Part shown: positions 13,421 through 22,621 of the stretch, one piece after another
Position numbering within the stretch: the stretch's first letter is position 1
Layout: every line of letters begins with the position of its first letter
Assembly (NCBI RefSeq): GCF_001619615.1
Contig: NZ_LQQP01000011.1
Location: 85,783 to 109,782 of the forward strand
DNA: 24,000 nucleotides
Source of the DNA: Microbacterium sp. T32
Lineage (GTDB): Bacteria > Actinomycetota > Actinomycetes > Actinomycetales > Microbacteriaceae
Direction of reading: 5' to 3'
The notes under the pieces: generated by a model
What the model saw: the letters and a program-made list of their open reading frames with translations, nothing else
What the model was told of the DNA's origin: nothing
Databases searched by the model: none
Translations under genes and position numbers: made by a program

Positions 13421-14286
13421 TCAGGCGGGGCCGCGCCGGATCCAGGCGACGACGAAGATCACCAGCCCGGCGACCAGCGCGGCGAGCACCCACAGGACCA
13501 CGAGGTAGTCGATCCACGAGCCGATCGGCGGGGATCCCGGCAGGAAGTTGCGCAACGGGATCGTCGCGAACAGCATCGCGCCCATCCACCCCAGCGTGGT
13601 CACCTCGACCTTGCGCCTCCCCCGCAGCACGAGGATCGCGACGACGAGGACGAGCGCCGGGATGATCACCATGAGCGTGAGCAGGACGATCCCGAACGCG
13701 ATCGTCGACCCCGAGCGCGAGACCGCGATGTCCACGGCGTTCACACCGTCGCCTACGGGCGTCTCGGAGACGGTGATGTCCCAGCCCGGGATGCCACGTT
13801 TCGACGGCTGCACGGTCGTGGGCAGCGGGGTCGACTCCCCCGCCGCATCGTCCTGCAGAGCCGTCATGATCGAGCGCACCGCGTACCGGTCGAACGGCCA
13901 GTTCTCGATCTGTCCGTCCATGACCAGCGACGTCTCGATCGGCGAGATGAGGTCGCCCTCGGCGAACTGCGTCGCCTTCGACCCGGCGACCGCGCGGAGA
14001 CGAGGACGCCGAAGGGCCGGTGCGCGATGAGGCCGTTCGTCACCGTCCCGTCCTCGCCCTGCGTGGGCAGGATCGACACGGTGAGGCGGTTGGTCGCGGC
14101 ATCCATCTTCTCCGGCGTCAACGACAGCGCCACCGTGTCGCCCGAGGTCTCTCCGTCGGCGCTGCCCACGATGTCGCCGCTCCCGGCGTACAGACCCACG
14201 ACGGTCGCGTAGAGCGCGACGAACAGGACGACGGAACCGACGGTCCAGAGGACCGGGCGGCGGCGAGAGGACGCGGGGCTGCTCAC
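13421..14286 (-). pseudogene. membrane protein gene (DUF4436-like; family recalled with low certainty) split by a frameshift into ORFs 13864..14286 and 13421..13921
   Basis: The N-terminal ORF reads sensibly (TM helix, ...TVTNGLIAHRPFGVLVSA) and then becomes an Arg/Ser-rich run. The other frame reads sensibly from ...AVAGSKATQFAEGDLISPIETSLVMDGQIENWPFDRY to the C-terminal TM helices. The total span is 866 nt, which is 3n+2 and is restored by adding 1 nt near 13985-13999. Confidence 0.7.
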
Positions 14287-14322
14287 GGAGTCAGTGTGAC
14301 AGAGCGCGAGGACGGGCTTCGG

Positions 14323-14395
14323 TGCCCCCGACAGGATTCGAACCTGCGACGCCCGCGTTAGGAGTGCGGCGCTCTATCCCCTGAGCTACGGAGGC
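14323..14395 (-). tRNA. tRNA-Arg (anticodon CCT), CCA not encoded
   Basis: The reverse complement folds as GCCTCCG TA GCTC AGGGGATA GAGC G CCGCA CTCCTAA CGCGG GCGTC GCAGG TTCGAAT CCTGT CGGGGGC A. This gives a cloverleaf with one A31-C39 mismatch and one G-U pair in the T stem. Confidence 0.88.
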
Positions 14396-14411
14396 GGGAC
14401 TGCCTTCCAGC

Positions 14412-15146
14412 CTACTGCGAGCGTGCCGCGGCGCCGACGCGGAGCTGGGCGGCGAGCGCGGCATCCCACTCCCCCGGCTCGGACAGCACGGCTTCGCGCA
14501 CGTCCACGCCGCTCGCGTCGACCGTCGCGACGCACACGAGCAACGACTCCAGCACGACGTCGTCGTGCGCGTCGCGGCGCAGGATCGACGAGGCCGGGTC
14601 GGACGTGGATGCCTCGACCACCGCGAGCCACGGACCCCACCAGTCGTCGTCCTCGGCGATGCCGGCGCGACGGAAGTCCTCCAGCCAGCGACCGACCCGC
14701 GGCGTGGTCGGATCGTCGGGACCATCGTGCGCGATCATGTGCGTGCCGGGCGCCAGGCGAGTGCGGCGGGCGGCGAGGCCGTCCCATTCCACGACGGTGG
14801 CGCCGTCGGCATCCACTTCCACCAGGTTGAAGCCTCGCGTGACCGGGGCTTCCGGGAGCGACCCGGCGACCGACTGCAACGGGATGCCACCCCGGCTCAC
14901 GACCTCGTCGTCCGACCGCCCGGACAGGTCCTCGCGGTTCAGCAGCACGGCCAGGCGTCCCGCGCGCGGATCGGCAGCGAGCCAGGCTCCGCCCGCGCGC
15001 TCGTCGCGGATCCCCCGCACGGCGGGCTGCTCCGGCCACCAGGCGCCGAGACGACGCCACGGACGGTTCCGGTCCTCGTCCCGGACGGCCAGCACCCGGA
15101 CGGGCTGACCGCTCTCGCGCGGGACGTCCACGACCACGGTGCACAT
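14412..15146 (-). CDS. NRDE-family protein (bacterial homologue of eukaryotic TANGO2)
   Basis: The 244-aa product starts MCTVVVDV (Cys2). It contains LAVRDEDRNRPW (the NRDE motif region), GGAWLAADPRAGRLAVLLN, TRGFNLVEVDA and LAPGTHMIAHDG, which align with my recollection of human TANGO2 blocks. A GGAGGGA RBS precedes ATG 15146. The remainder of ORF 14412..16118 is antisense to coaBC. Confidence 0.85.
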   Translation of the reverse strand: MCTVVVDVPRESGQPVRVLAVRDEDRNRPWRRLGAWWPEQPAVRGIRDERAGGAWLAADPRAGRLAVLLNREDLSGRSDDEVVSRGGIPLQSVAGSLPEAPVTRGFNLVEVDADGATVVEWDGLAARRTRLAPGTHMIAHDGPDDPTTPRVGRWLEDFRRAGIAEDDDWWGPWLAVVEASTSDPASSILRRDAHDDVVLESLLVCVATVDASGVDVREAVLSEPGEWDAALAAQLRVGAAARSQ

Positions 15147-15269
15147 TCCCTCCACGCTACCGGCGCGGGGGCCGCGGTGGGCGGGTGCGGCGTACGGACG
15201 AGGGCTCAGCGCACGGCGTCCGGCTCCCGTGACGCCACCGCGCGCCCCTCGACCTGGGAGACTGGGCCC

Positions 15270-16472
15270 ATGTTCGTCGTCGTGGGAGTGACCGGAGGCA
15301 TCGCCGCCTACAAGACCGTCGGGCTCGTCCGGCTGCTGGTGAAGGCGGGGCACGATGTGCACGTCGTACCGACCGACGACGCGCTGCGGTTCGTCGGGCT
15401 GCCGACGTGGGAGGCGATCAGCCGCAATCCCCTCACGACCTCCGTGCACGAGGACGTCGCTCGCGTGCGGCACGTGTCGTTGGGACAATCCGCCGATCTC
15501 GTGATCGTGGCGCCCGCGACCGCGAACACCCTCGCGTCGATGACCGCGGGGCTCGCGTCGGACCTCCTCGGCACCACGCTCCTCGCGACGACCGCTCCGG
15601 TCGTGGTCGCGCCCGCGATGCACACCGAAATGTGGCGGCATCCCGCGACCGTGCACAACATGGACGTGCTCCGTGCGCGCGGCGTGCACGTCGTCGGCCC
15701 CGCGGACGGCGCGCTCACCGGAGGCGACAGCGGTCCCGGGCGGATGTCGGAACCCGAGGAGATCGTCGCGGCCGCCCTCGCCCTCGTGGAACGTCCGCGT
15801 GACCTGTCGGGGCTCTCGGTGCTCGTGAGCGCCGGCGGCACCCGCGAACCGATCGACCCCGTGCGTTTCCTCGGCAACCGGTCCAGCGGCCGCCAGGGCG
15901 TCGCGATCGCGCGTGCCGCCGCCGACCGCGGCGCCACCGTCACCCTGGTGGCGGCGCACCTCGACGCCGATGTCCGCCCCGATCCGCGCGTCGAGGTCAT
16001 CTCGGTGGGCACGGCCGACGAGCTGGGACGGGCGATGGATGCCACCTCCCCCGACGCCGACGTCGTCATCATGGCCGCGGCGGTCGCCGACTACTCCGTC
16101 GCCGCGGTCTCGGAGCACAAGCTCCGCAAGCAGGACACCCCGGGCGGTCTGACCCTCGAACTGATCGAGAACCGCGACATCGTCGCGGGGCTCGTCGCAG
16201 CCCGCCGACCGGGCCAGACCATCGTCGCGTTCGCCGCCGAAACCGTCGACAGCCAGGACGAGCTACTCGAGCGTGCCCGCGCCAAGGCCGCTCGCAAGGG
16301 CGTCGACCTCCTCGCCGCGAACGCCGTCGGCTGGACGAGCGGCTTCGAGACGGCCGACAACGCCCTCAAGATCATCGGGCGTGACGGCGAGGTCGTCGGC
16401 GAGGCAGCCGGCTCCAAGGCGGAGACGGCCGACGCGCTGCTGGACGCCGTCCTGGCGGCGCGTTGGCGCTGA
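15270..16472 (+). CDS. coaBC: bifunctional phosphopantothenoylcysteine decarboxylase / phosphopantothenate--cysteine ligase
   Basis: MFVVVGVTGGIAAYKTVGLVRLLVKAGHDVHVVPT, VIVAPATANTLASMTAGLASDLL, PAMHTEMW and VSAGGTREPIDPVRFLGNRSSGRQG are diagnostic Dfp/CoaBC motifs. The product is 400 aa. Confidence 0.95.
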   Translation: MFVVVGVTGGIAAYKTVGLVRLLVKAGHDVHVVPTDDALRFVGLPTWEAISRNPLTTSVHEDVARVRHVSLGQSADLVIVAPATANTLASMTAGLASDLLGTTLLATTAPVVVAPAMHTEMWRHPATVHNMDVLRARGVHVVGPADGALTGGDSGPGRMSEPEEIVAAALALVERPRDLSGLSVLVSAGGTREPIDPVRFLGNRSSGRQGVAIARAAADRGATVTLVAAHLDADVRPDPRVEVISVGTADELGRAMDATSPDADVVIMAAAVADYSVAAVSEHKLRKQDTPGGLTLELIENRDIVAGLVAARRPGQTIVAFAAETVDSQDELLERARAKAARKGVDLLAANAVGWTSGFETADNALKIIGRDGEVVGEAAGSKAETADALLDAVLAARWR

Positions 16473-16499
16473 GGCTGCGCGGGCCTGGCACGCGGTCGA

Positions 16500-16520
16500 C
16501 GCGGGCGCACCATGCCCGCG
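16500..16520. terminator. GC hairpin between convergent coaBC and the DUF2510 gene
   Basis: A 7-bp stem cgcgggc/gcccgcg with a 7-nt loop. The call rests on structure only. Confidence 0.3.
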
Positions 16521-16539
16521 CCGACACTCCGGCGGTGAG

Positions 16540-17466
16540 TCAGTAGCCCGTGGAGTACGACAGTTGTTCGATCAGCGGGGCGAGCGAGCTGAACAGCGTC
16601 ACCGCCCAGATCACGACGGCGATGATCGTCACGAGCGTCACCGCGATCCATCCCCAGACCGGTCCGAGTCCCTTCCCGGTCTGACGCCGCAAGATCACTC
16701 CGCGCCCGATGATGTACACCGCACCGCTGGAGACGACGAGGACGAAGAAACTCCACGCCCAGTGGAAGGGCTTCTGGATGCCGCGGGCGCGAAGCTGACG
16801 CCAGTCGAGGTAGGAGAACAGAACGGTCAGTCCGGCGATGACGAAGCTGAACGCGGAGCCCCCGGCCGAGACGGCCAGCGACGCCGACGCGGCGTAGGGA
16901 GCCTGCTGCGGGTAGATCGAGGCGTACATCGACTCCTGCAGGTAGGTCGCCCAGTCGAAGAGGAAGAGCGGGATCAGCGCGACGAGCGGCAGGACGACGA
17001 CGAGCCAGATCCAGACGGTGTTCGTCGGGATGTCGGCGCGGCCGGATGACGGGGCCGCGTCTGCGGGCGAGCCAGGGTATGCGGGTGCGCCGGAGCCGGG
17101 GTAAGCCGGGAAGCCGGAGGCCGCGCCGTAGGACGGGGTTCCACCGGAGGGGGCGGCAGCGGCACCGGCGTGGGTCGGAGCGTCCGAGCCCGGGGCGACC
17201 GGCGGAACCGGCGGGGCGGCCGGCTCGGCGGGTGCGACGGCCGGCGGGATGGCCGGCTCGGCGGGGGCGGCCGGCTCGGCGGGAGCGGCGGCCGGCGGGA
17301 TGGCCGGCTCGGCGGGGGCGGCCGGCTCGGCGGGAGCGGCGACCGGCGCCTCCGCAGCGGACGGACGCACCTCGTCGGTCCACCCGGTGCCGTTCCAGCG
17401 ACGGAGTCCGCCGCTCCCCGCGGGGTCGGGGTACCAGCCTTCGGGCGGAGTGGGCGTGTCGGTCAT
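16540..17466 (-). CDS. DUF2510-domain membrane protein with a Pro/Ala-rich repetitive linker
   Basis: The N-terminal GWYPDPAGSGGLRRWNGTGWTDE is the DUF2510 signature. A PAEPA-rich linker follows, then 4-5 hydrophobic helices. I chose the start at ATG 17466 (MTDTPTPPEGWYPDP) because an AGGGGGAA RBS precedes it. ATG 17493 lacks one. Confidence 0.8.
   Translation of the reverse strand: MTDTPTPPEGWYPDPAGSGGLRRWNGTGWTDEVRPSAAEAPVAAPAEPAAPAEPAIPPAAAPAEPAAPAEPAIPPAVAPAEPAAPPVPPVAPGSDAPTHAGAAAAPSGGTPSYGAASGFPAYPGSGAPAYPGSPADAAPSSGRADIPTNTVWIWLVVVLPLVALIPLFLFDWATYLQESMYASIYPQQAPYAASASLAVSAGGSAFSFVIAGLTVLFSYLDWRQLRARGIQKPFHWAWSFFVLVVSSGAVYIIGRGVILRRQTGKGLGPVWGWIAVTLVTIIAVVIWAVTLFSSLAPLIEQLSYSTGY
17239..17340 (-). 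repeat. perfect 2 x 51-bp tandem duplication inside the linker-coding region, with a partial third copy at about 17210-17238
   Basis: Units 17239-17289 and 17290-17340 are identical (ggccggcgggatggccggctcggcgggggcggccggctcggcgggagcggc). They encode PAEPAAPAEPAIPPA(A/V)A twice. Confidence 0.9.
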
Positions 17467-17533
17467 GTCGTTCCCCCTGTGATGCTGCGGCATGGCGTGC
17501 GTGTCCCCCCGAGTCTAGTGACGGCCCCCGACG

Positions 17534-20500
17534 TCATCGGAAGTCCCTCGAGGCGTGCGAGACCCCGACACGGAGATCGGTGAACCCGTCGGCGACGACG
17601 TTCGTGACCCCCTCGACCGACCTCTCGAGCATGCCCCGCACGATCAGCGCGGGCGATTCGCGCACGATCCGGCGGTACCTGTTCCAGACCCCCACCGAGC
17701 ACACGATGTTCATGAGGCCGTGCTCGTCCTCGAGGTTGAGGAAGGTGATCCCGGATGCCGTCGCCGGCCGCTGCCGGTGCGTGACGAGCCCCGCCACCTC
17801 GACGCGGCGGTCGGTCTCGGCCGAGCGCAGTTCCCGCGAGGTGAGCACGCCGCGCGCATCGAGGGCCGAGCGGAAATGGGTGAGCGGATGGTCGTCGGTG
17901 GAGAGCCCCGTCGCCCACAGGTCGGCGGCAAGGACCTCGTAGCTCGACGGGTCGGTGAACAGCGGAGGCTGCACGAAGGCGACCGAGTCGGGCAGGAACT
18001 CGGGCCGGTCCAGCGCCGCCGAACCCGACAGCCAGATCGCCTCGCGTCGCGAGTGCCCGAGGCACTCGAACGCCCCGGCCGTCGCGAGGGCCTCGAGCTG
18101 CGCGGTCACGAGCCCCGTGCGGCGCACGAGATCGCGAAGGTCGCGGTAGGCGCCCCCGCGCTCCCGCTCCGCGACGATGCGTTCGGCGACCTTGGCCCCG
18201 ATGCCCGTGACACCGGCGAGCCCCATCCGCACCGCGAACGCCCCGTCGCGGCGGTGCGCCTCGCTCTCGTCGGGTGCGGAACGGTCGAAGTCCCCGGTCG
18301 GCGGCTGGTCGGCGCACGTGCACGCGTCCAGCCCGGTGGCGGGGCGGCGGCGGTCGGCATCCGGGCTCCCGGACTCATCGTCGAGCGGCTCGAGTCCCGC
18401 CTCGACTCCGGACCGCAGCAGATCCGGGCGCCGCACCCGCACGCCGTGGCGGCGCGCGTCGGCGGTGAGCGTCGCGGGCGAGTAGAACCCCATCGGCTGC
18501 GCGCGCAGCAGGCCCGCGAGGAACGCCGCCGGGTAGTGCAGTTTGATCCACGAGCTGGCGTAGACCAGCAGCGCGAACGACAGCGAGTGGGACTCGGCGA
18601 ACCCGAAGTTCGCGAACGCCTGGATCTTGGCGTACAGCTCGTCGGCCACCGCGCCCACGAGCCCGTTCTTCGCCATGCCGGCGTAGAGCTTCTCGCGCAG
18701 CGAATCGATGCGCTCGAGGCCGCGCTTCGACCCCATCGCACGTCGCAGCAGGTCGGCATCCTCGGCGGTGCAGTTGCCCACGGCGACGGCCATCTGCATG
18801 AGCTGCTCCTGGAACACCGGCACGCCCATGGTGCGCTTGAGCACCGGCCGGAGGTTCTCGTGCACGTAGGTGATCGGCTCCTGCCCGAGCTTGCGTCGCA
18901 CGAAGGGATGCACGGCGCCGCCCTGGATGGGCCCCGGGCGGATCAGCGCGATCTGCACCACGAGGTCGTAGAACCTCCGGGGCTGCAGGCGCGGCAGCAA
19001 CCCCATCTGTGCGCGGGACTCGACCTGGAACACCCCGATCGAATCGGCGCGGCACAGCATGTCGTAAACCGCCTTCTCTTCCTTCGGCAGCGTCGACAGC
19101 TCCCACCGCTCGCCCGTGGCATCCCGGATCAGGTCGAAGCAGTACTGCAGCGCCGCGAGCATGCCGAGCCCGAGGAGGTCGAACTTCACCAGCCCCATCC
19201 ACGCGGCGTCGTCCTTGTCCCACTGGATGACCGTGCGGTTCTCCATGCGGGCGTGCTCGATCGGCACGACCTCGCCCACCGGACGATCGGTGAGCACCAT
19301 GCCGCCGGAATGGATGCCGAGATGTCGAGGCGCCTTGAGCAGCTCGGACGCGAACTCGATGACCTCGTCGGGGATGTCGTGGTCGGCACCGGTCTCGAGC
19401 GTCGCGCCCCAGCGTTCGACCTGCTTCGACCAGGCATCCTGCTGGCCCGGGGAGTGGCCGAGGGCGCGGGCCATGTCGCGCACCGCGTTCTTGGGCCGGT
19501 ACTGGATGACGTTCGCGACCTGCGCCGCACGATCGCGACCGTAGGTCTCGTAGACCCACTGGATGATCTCTTCACGGCGATCGGAGTCGAAGTCGACGTC
19601 GATGTCAGGCTCTTCGTCGCGCAGACTCGACAGGAAGCGTTCGAACGGCAGGCGGTAGAAGATCGAGTCGACCGCGGTGATGTCGAGCAGGTAGCACACG
19701 GCGCTGTTCGCCGCCGACCCCCGCCCCTGGCACAGGATGCCCCGCCGTCGGGCCTCGGCGACGATCCCGTAGACGATGAGGAAATAGCCCGGGAAGTCCT
19801 TCATCTCGATGACCGCGAGTTCGCGCTCGATACGATCGCGATCGGCGGCGGAGAGCTTCGGATACTTCCGCGGCACGGCCTCCCACACCAGATGCCGGAG
19901 CCACGACATCGGCGTGTGCCCCTCGGGGACCGTCTGCTTCGGGAGCGCGGGCTTGGCCCGGCGCAGCGGGAAGGCGAGCTCGTCGGCGAGCGACACGGTC
20001 CGTGCGACCGCTCCCGGATACCGGGCGAACCGCGCCGCCATCTCGGCCCCGGAACGCAGGTGCGCCCCGGCGTGCGCGGGCAGCCACCCGTCGAGCTCGT
20101 CGAGACTGCGATTGGCGCGCACCGCAGCGACGGCCGCGGCGAGCAGCTCCTTCTGCGGGGCCGCGTAGTGCACGTTGTTCGTCGCGAGGACGGGGAGGCC
20201 GCGCTCGGCGGCGAGAGAAGCGAGCAGGTCGTTGTGGGCCGAATCGAGCGGGCTGCCGTGGTCGATGAGCTCCACCTGCACGGACTCGGGTCCGAACAGA
20301 TCGACCAGGCGGTCGAGCGCGCGGGCGGCTCCCGCCGGACCCTCGGATGCCAGAGCCTGACGCACGCTCCCCTTTCGGCATCCGGTGAGCACCGCCCACT
20401 GCGGATCGGTACGGCCCCCGGCGCGTTCGGACAGGTCGGCGAGGTCGTAGACCGGGCGCCCCTTCTCGCCGCCGGAGAGCTGCGCGTGCGTGATGGCGGC

Positions 20501-20968
20501 GGCGAGCCGGTGGTACCCCTCTTCACCTCGGGCGAGCACGAGGAGATGGGAACCGGCGGGATCGGGCTGACCGTTCTGCGGCCCCGGGAGACCGAGCGAG
20601 AGCTCGGCGCCGAAGACGGTGCGCACGGCGCGGGCCTCCGCCGCCTCGGCGAAGCGGACGATGCCGTAGAACCCGTCGTGGTCGGTGAGGGCGAGCGCAT
20701 GGAGCCCGAGCTTCTCGGCTTCTTCGACGAGTTCCTCGGGCGAGGACGCCCCGTCGAGGAAGGAGTACGACGAATGCGCGTGCAACTCGGCGTACGGAAC
20801 GGCATCGGCAGGGCGCTCGATCGTCGGGGGAACGTAGGGACCGCGCTTGTGCGACCACGCCGGGCTGTCGCCGCCGTCGCCGTTCGCCGGGGCGGAGACC
20901 GGTCGGCGCGTGTCGCTCAGCGCGCGCTCGAGCTCCGACCACTTCACGGGGGGATTGTGGAAGCCCAT
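17534..20968 (-). CDS. dnaE2: error-prone DNA polymerase III alpha-like subunit DnaE2 (ImuC)
   Basis: The 1144-aa product has the N-terminal PHP domain YAELHAHSSYSFLDGASSPEELVEEAEKLGLHALALTDHDGFYG plus polymerase core motifs. A GGAGAGGAGGG RBS is present. It lies directly downstream of imuB. Confidence 0.95.
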   Translation of the reverse strand: MGFHNPPVKWSELERALSDTRRPVSAPANGDGGDSPAWSHKRGPYVPPTIERPADAVPYAELHAHSSYSFLDGASSPEELVEEAEKLGLHALALTDHDGFYGIVRFAEAAEARAVRTVFGAELSLGLPGPQNGQPDPAGSHLLVLARGEEGYHRLAAAITHAQLSGGEKGRPVYDLADLSERAGGRTDPQWAVLTGCRKGSVRQALASEGPAGAARALDRLVDLFGPESVQVELIDHGSPLDSAHNDLLASLAAERGLPVLATNNVHYAAPQKELLAAAVAAVRANRSLDELDGWLPAHAGAHLRSGAEMAARFARYPGAVARTVSLADELAFPLRRAKPALPKQTVPEGHTPMSWLRHLVWEAVPRKYPKLSAADRDRIERELAVIEMKDFPGYFLIVYGIVAEARRRGILCQGRGSAANSAVCYLLDITAVDSIFYRLPFERFLSSLRDEEPDIDVDFDSDRREEIIQWVYETYGRDRAAQVANVIQYRPKNAVRDMARALGHSPGQQDAWSKQVERWGATLETGADHDIPDEVIEFASELLKAPRHLGIHSGGMVLTDRPVGEVVPIEHARMENRTVIQWDKDDAAWMGLVKFDLLGLGMLAALQYCFDLIRDATGERWELSTLPKEEKAVYDMLCRADSIGVFQVESRAQMGLLPRLQPRRFYDLVVQIALIRPGPIQGGAVHPFVRRKLGQEPITYVHENLRPVLKRTMGVPVFQEQLMQMAVAVGNCTAEDADLLRRAMGSKRGLERIDSLREKLYAGMAKNGLVGAVADELYAKIQAFANFGFAESHSLSFALLVYASSWIKLHYPAAFLAGLLRAQPMGFYSPATLTADARRHGVRVRRPDLLRSGVEAGLEPLDDESGSPDADRRRPATGLDACTCADQPPTGDFDRSAPDESEAHRRDGAFAVRMGLAGVTGIGAKVAERIVAERERGGAYRDLRDLVRRTGLVTAQLEALATAGAFECLGHSRREAIWLSGSAALDRPEFLPDSVAFVQPPLFTDPSSYEVLAADLWATGLSTDDHPLTHFRSALDARGVLTSRELRSAETDRRVEVAGLVTHRQRPATASGITFLNLEDEHGLMNIVCSVGVWNRYRRIVRESPALIVRGMLERSVEGVTNVVADGFTDLRVGVSHASRDFR

Positions 20969-21073
20969 CAGCGCCCTCCTCTCCGCCCGGACCCGAGGAC
21001 GAGGAGCGCGGGCAACGTGACCGGCGCACGAGTCGCGGCCGCTCCGGAGGCCACACGCGCCGCGTCCCGCCGC

Positions 21074-22621
21074 TCAGTCATAGCGCCCCTCCGCCCGCCA
21101 CTCGCCCTCTTCGACGACGAGCAGCCACGCGCCGCCGTCGGCGTCGACCACCTGGAACCGGTGGGCCCGCCGTCGCCGCAGGGGATCCCACCCGCGTTCG
21201 CTGATCGGCCAGGGCCCCGCCCACTCCCGGATCCGCACTCGTCGCCCTCCGGCCTCGAGGATCGCCGGTGGTGCGCTCAGCACATCGCGCTCCCCCACCG
21301 TCACCGATGCTCCCGCGACGTCGGTGACCTCCACGAGTCGCGGCTCGGGATATACGGTCGCCGGCAACGGATCGGGAAGGCTCCCCGGCCAGGGCCGGGC
21401 ACGGTCCTTCGCCGTGACCGCCCGGTCTCCCCACGGCACCAGCACCTGCCGTTCGGCCAGCCAGCGCCCTCCGCCGACGACGGGGGTGACGACGGCGCGG
21501 TGCCCGAGCATCGCCTGCACGCGGGAGAGGGCATGGTGGACCCGCTCGTCCGGACCGGCGCCGAACAGCCCCTTGGCGTGGTGGGCCGCGTCGTCGACCG
21601 CCTCGGGCTCGATGGACACCCCCGCCACCCCGCTGCCGAAGATGCCGCGACCGTCTTCCGCGAGCTGCCAGCGGACGCGGTCGACCACGGCACCGGCGTC
21701 GAAGGACCCGGGGTGCAGCCACACGCGTTCGCTGCGCTCCCCCCGCTCGCCCGAGAGCACCACGCGCAGTTCGGTGCACACCAGGTTCTGCTCCCCCAGG
21801 CGCGCGATGAACTCCTCCGCGGCGACACGCATGCCGAAGGCGATCTGGTCGGCGAGTTCGAGCGGCGGCTCGAAGGCGACCTCGCGGCGCAGTTCGGGCG
21901 GAGGCGTACGGGGCTGCACCGGCTGGGAGTCGCGCCCGGAAGCGAGAGCGTGGAGTCGGGCCCCGCGTTCGGCGAAACGCTCGCGGACGCGCTCGACCGG
22001 CATCGCGGCGAACTCGCCCAGGGTGTGTACGCCGAGACGGGCGAGCAGGCTCGCCAGGTCGACGTCGTCGAGCGTGGTCACCGGAAGCGGGGCGAGGAAC
22101 GCAGCCGCCTGCCCGCCGGGCACCACGCGCACCGGGTCGTCGGCCCGGGTGACGCGGGCGGCGTGCTCGGCGGTGAAGACGCCGTCGGCGACGCTCGCGC
22201 GGGCGTCGGTGAACCCCTCGGCCGCGAGCAGTCGGACGAGCATGCGTGCCGCTTCTTCTTCGCCGCCGTAATACCGCGCCGGACCGCGCGCGCGAAGGGC
22301 GCAGAGTCCGGGGCGCACGATCTGCACGCCCGGGGCGTGCTCCTCCACCAGCGCCACCACCGGGGCGAAGACGCGCGCGTCACGGACCGGGTCTGCGGCG
22401 ACGACGATGACGGACGGACAGAGAGCCTGGGCATCACGGCGTCGCTGGCCACGCCGAACGCCCTGAGCGCGCGCCGCGGCCGAGCACGCGACCACGGCGT
22501 TGTTCTCGAACACCGCCAGGGGCGCGTCGGCCCGTGGTGGCCGTGCCGCCTCGCGGCGATACGCCGACACCGGCCAGTCGGGGAGCCACAGCACGAGGCT
22601 GCGCGTGGGTTCGCGCATCAT
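21074..22621 (-). CDS. imuB: ImuB, Y-family-polymerase-like accessory protein of the mutasome
   Basis: The 515-aa product has the N-terminus MMREPTRSLVLWLPDWPV...PLAVFENNAVVACSAAARAQGVRRGQRRRDAQALCP, typical of ImuB. Its ATG overlaps the imuA' stop (ATGA at 22618-22621). Confidence 0.9.
   Translation of the reverse strand: MMREPTRSLVLWLPDWPVSAYRREAARPPRADAPLAVFENNAVVACSAAARAQGVRRGQRRRDAQALCPSVIVVAADPVRDARVFAPVVALVEEHAPGVQIVRPGLCALRARGPARYYGGEEEAARMLVRLLAAEGFTDARASVADGVFTAEHAARVTRADDPVRVVPGGQAAAFLAPLPVTTLDDVDLASLLARLGVHTLGEFAAMPVERVRERFAERGARLHALASGRDSQPVQPRTPPPELRREVAFEPPLELADQIAFGMRVAAEEFIARLGEQNLVCTELRVVLSGERGERSERVWLHPGSFDAGAVVDRVRWQLAEDGRGIFGSGVAGVSIEPEAVDDAAHHAKGLFGAGPDERVHHALSRVQAMLGHRAVVTPVVGGGRWLAERQVLVPWGDRAVTAKDRARPWPGSLPDPLPATVYPEPRLVEVTDVAGASVTVGERDVLSAPPAILEAGGRRVRIREWAGPWPISERGWDPLRRRRAHRFQVVDADGGAWLLVVEEGEWRAEGRYD

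Noticed and set aside
15147-16118. Upstream extension of the NRDE ORF (568-aa ORF 14412..16118)
   Set aside because: It is antisense to coaBC. The family-typical MCT N-terminus with an RBS is at 15146.
17210-17340. Tandem repeats considered as a possible CRISPR or minisatellite array
   Set aside because: The units are contiguous with no spacers. They are in frame and encode the Pro/Ala linker of the DUF2510 protein, so this is not a CRISPR array.
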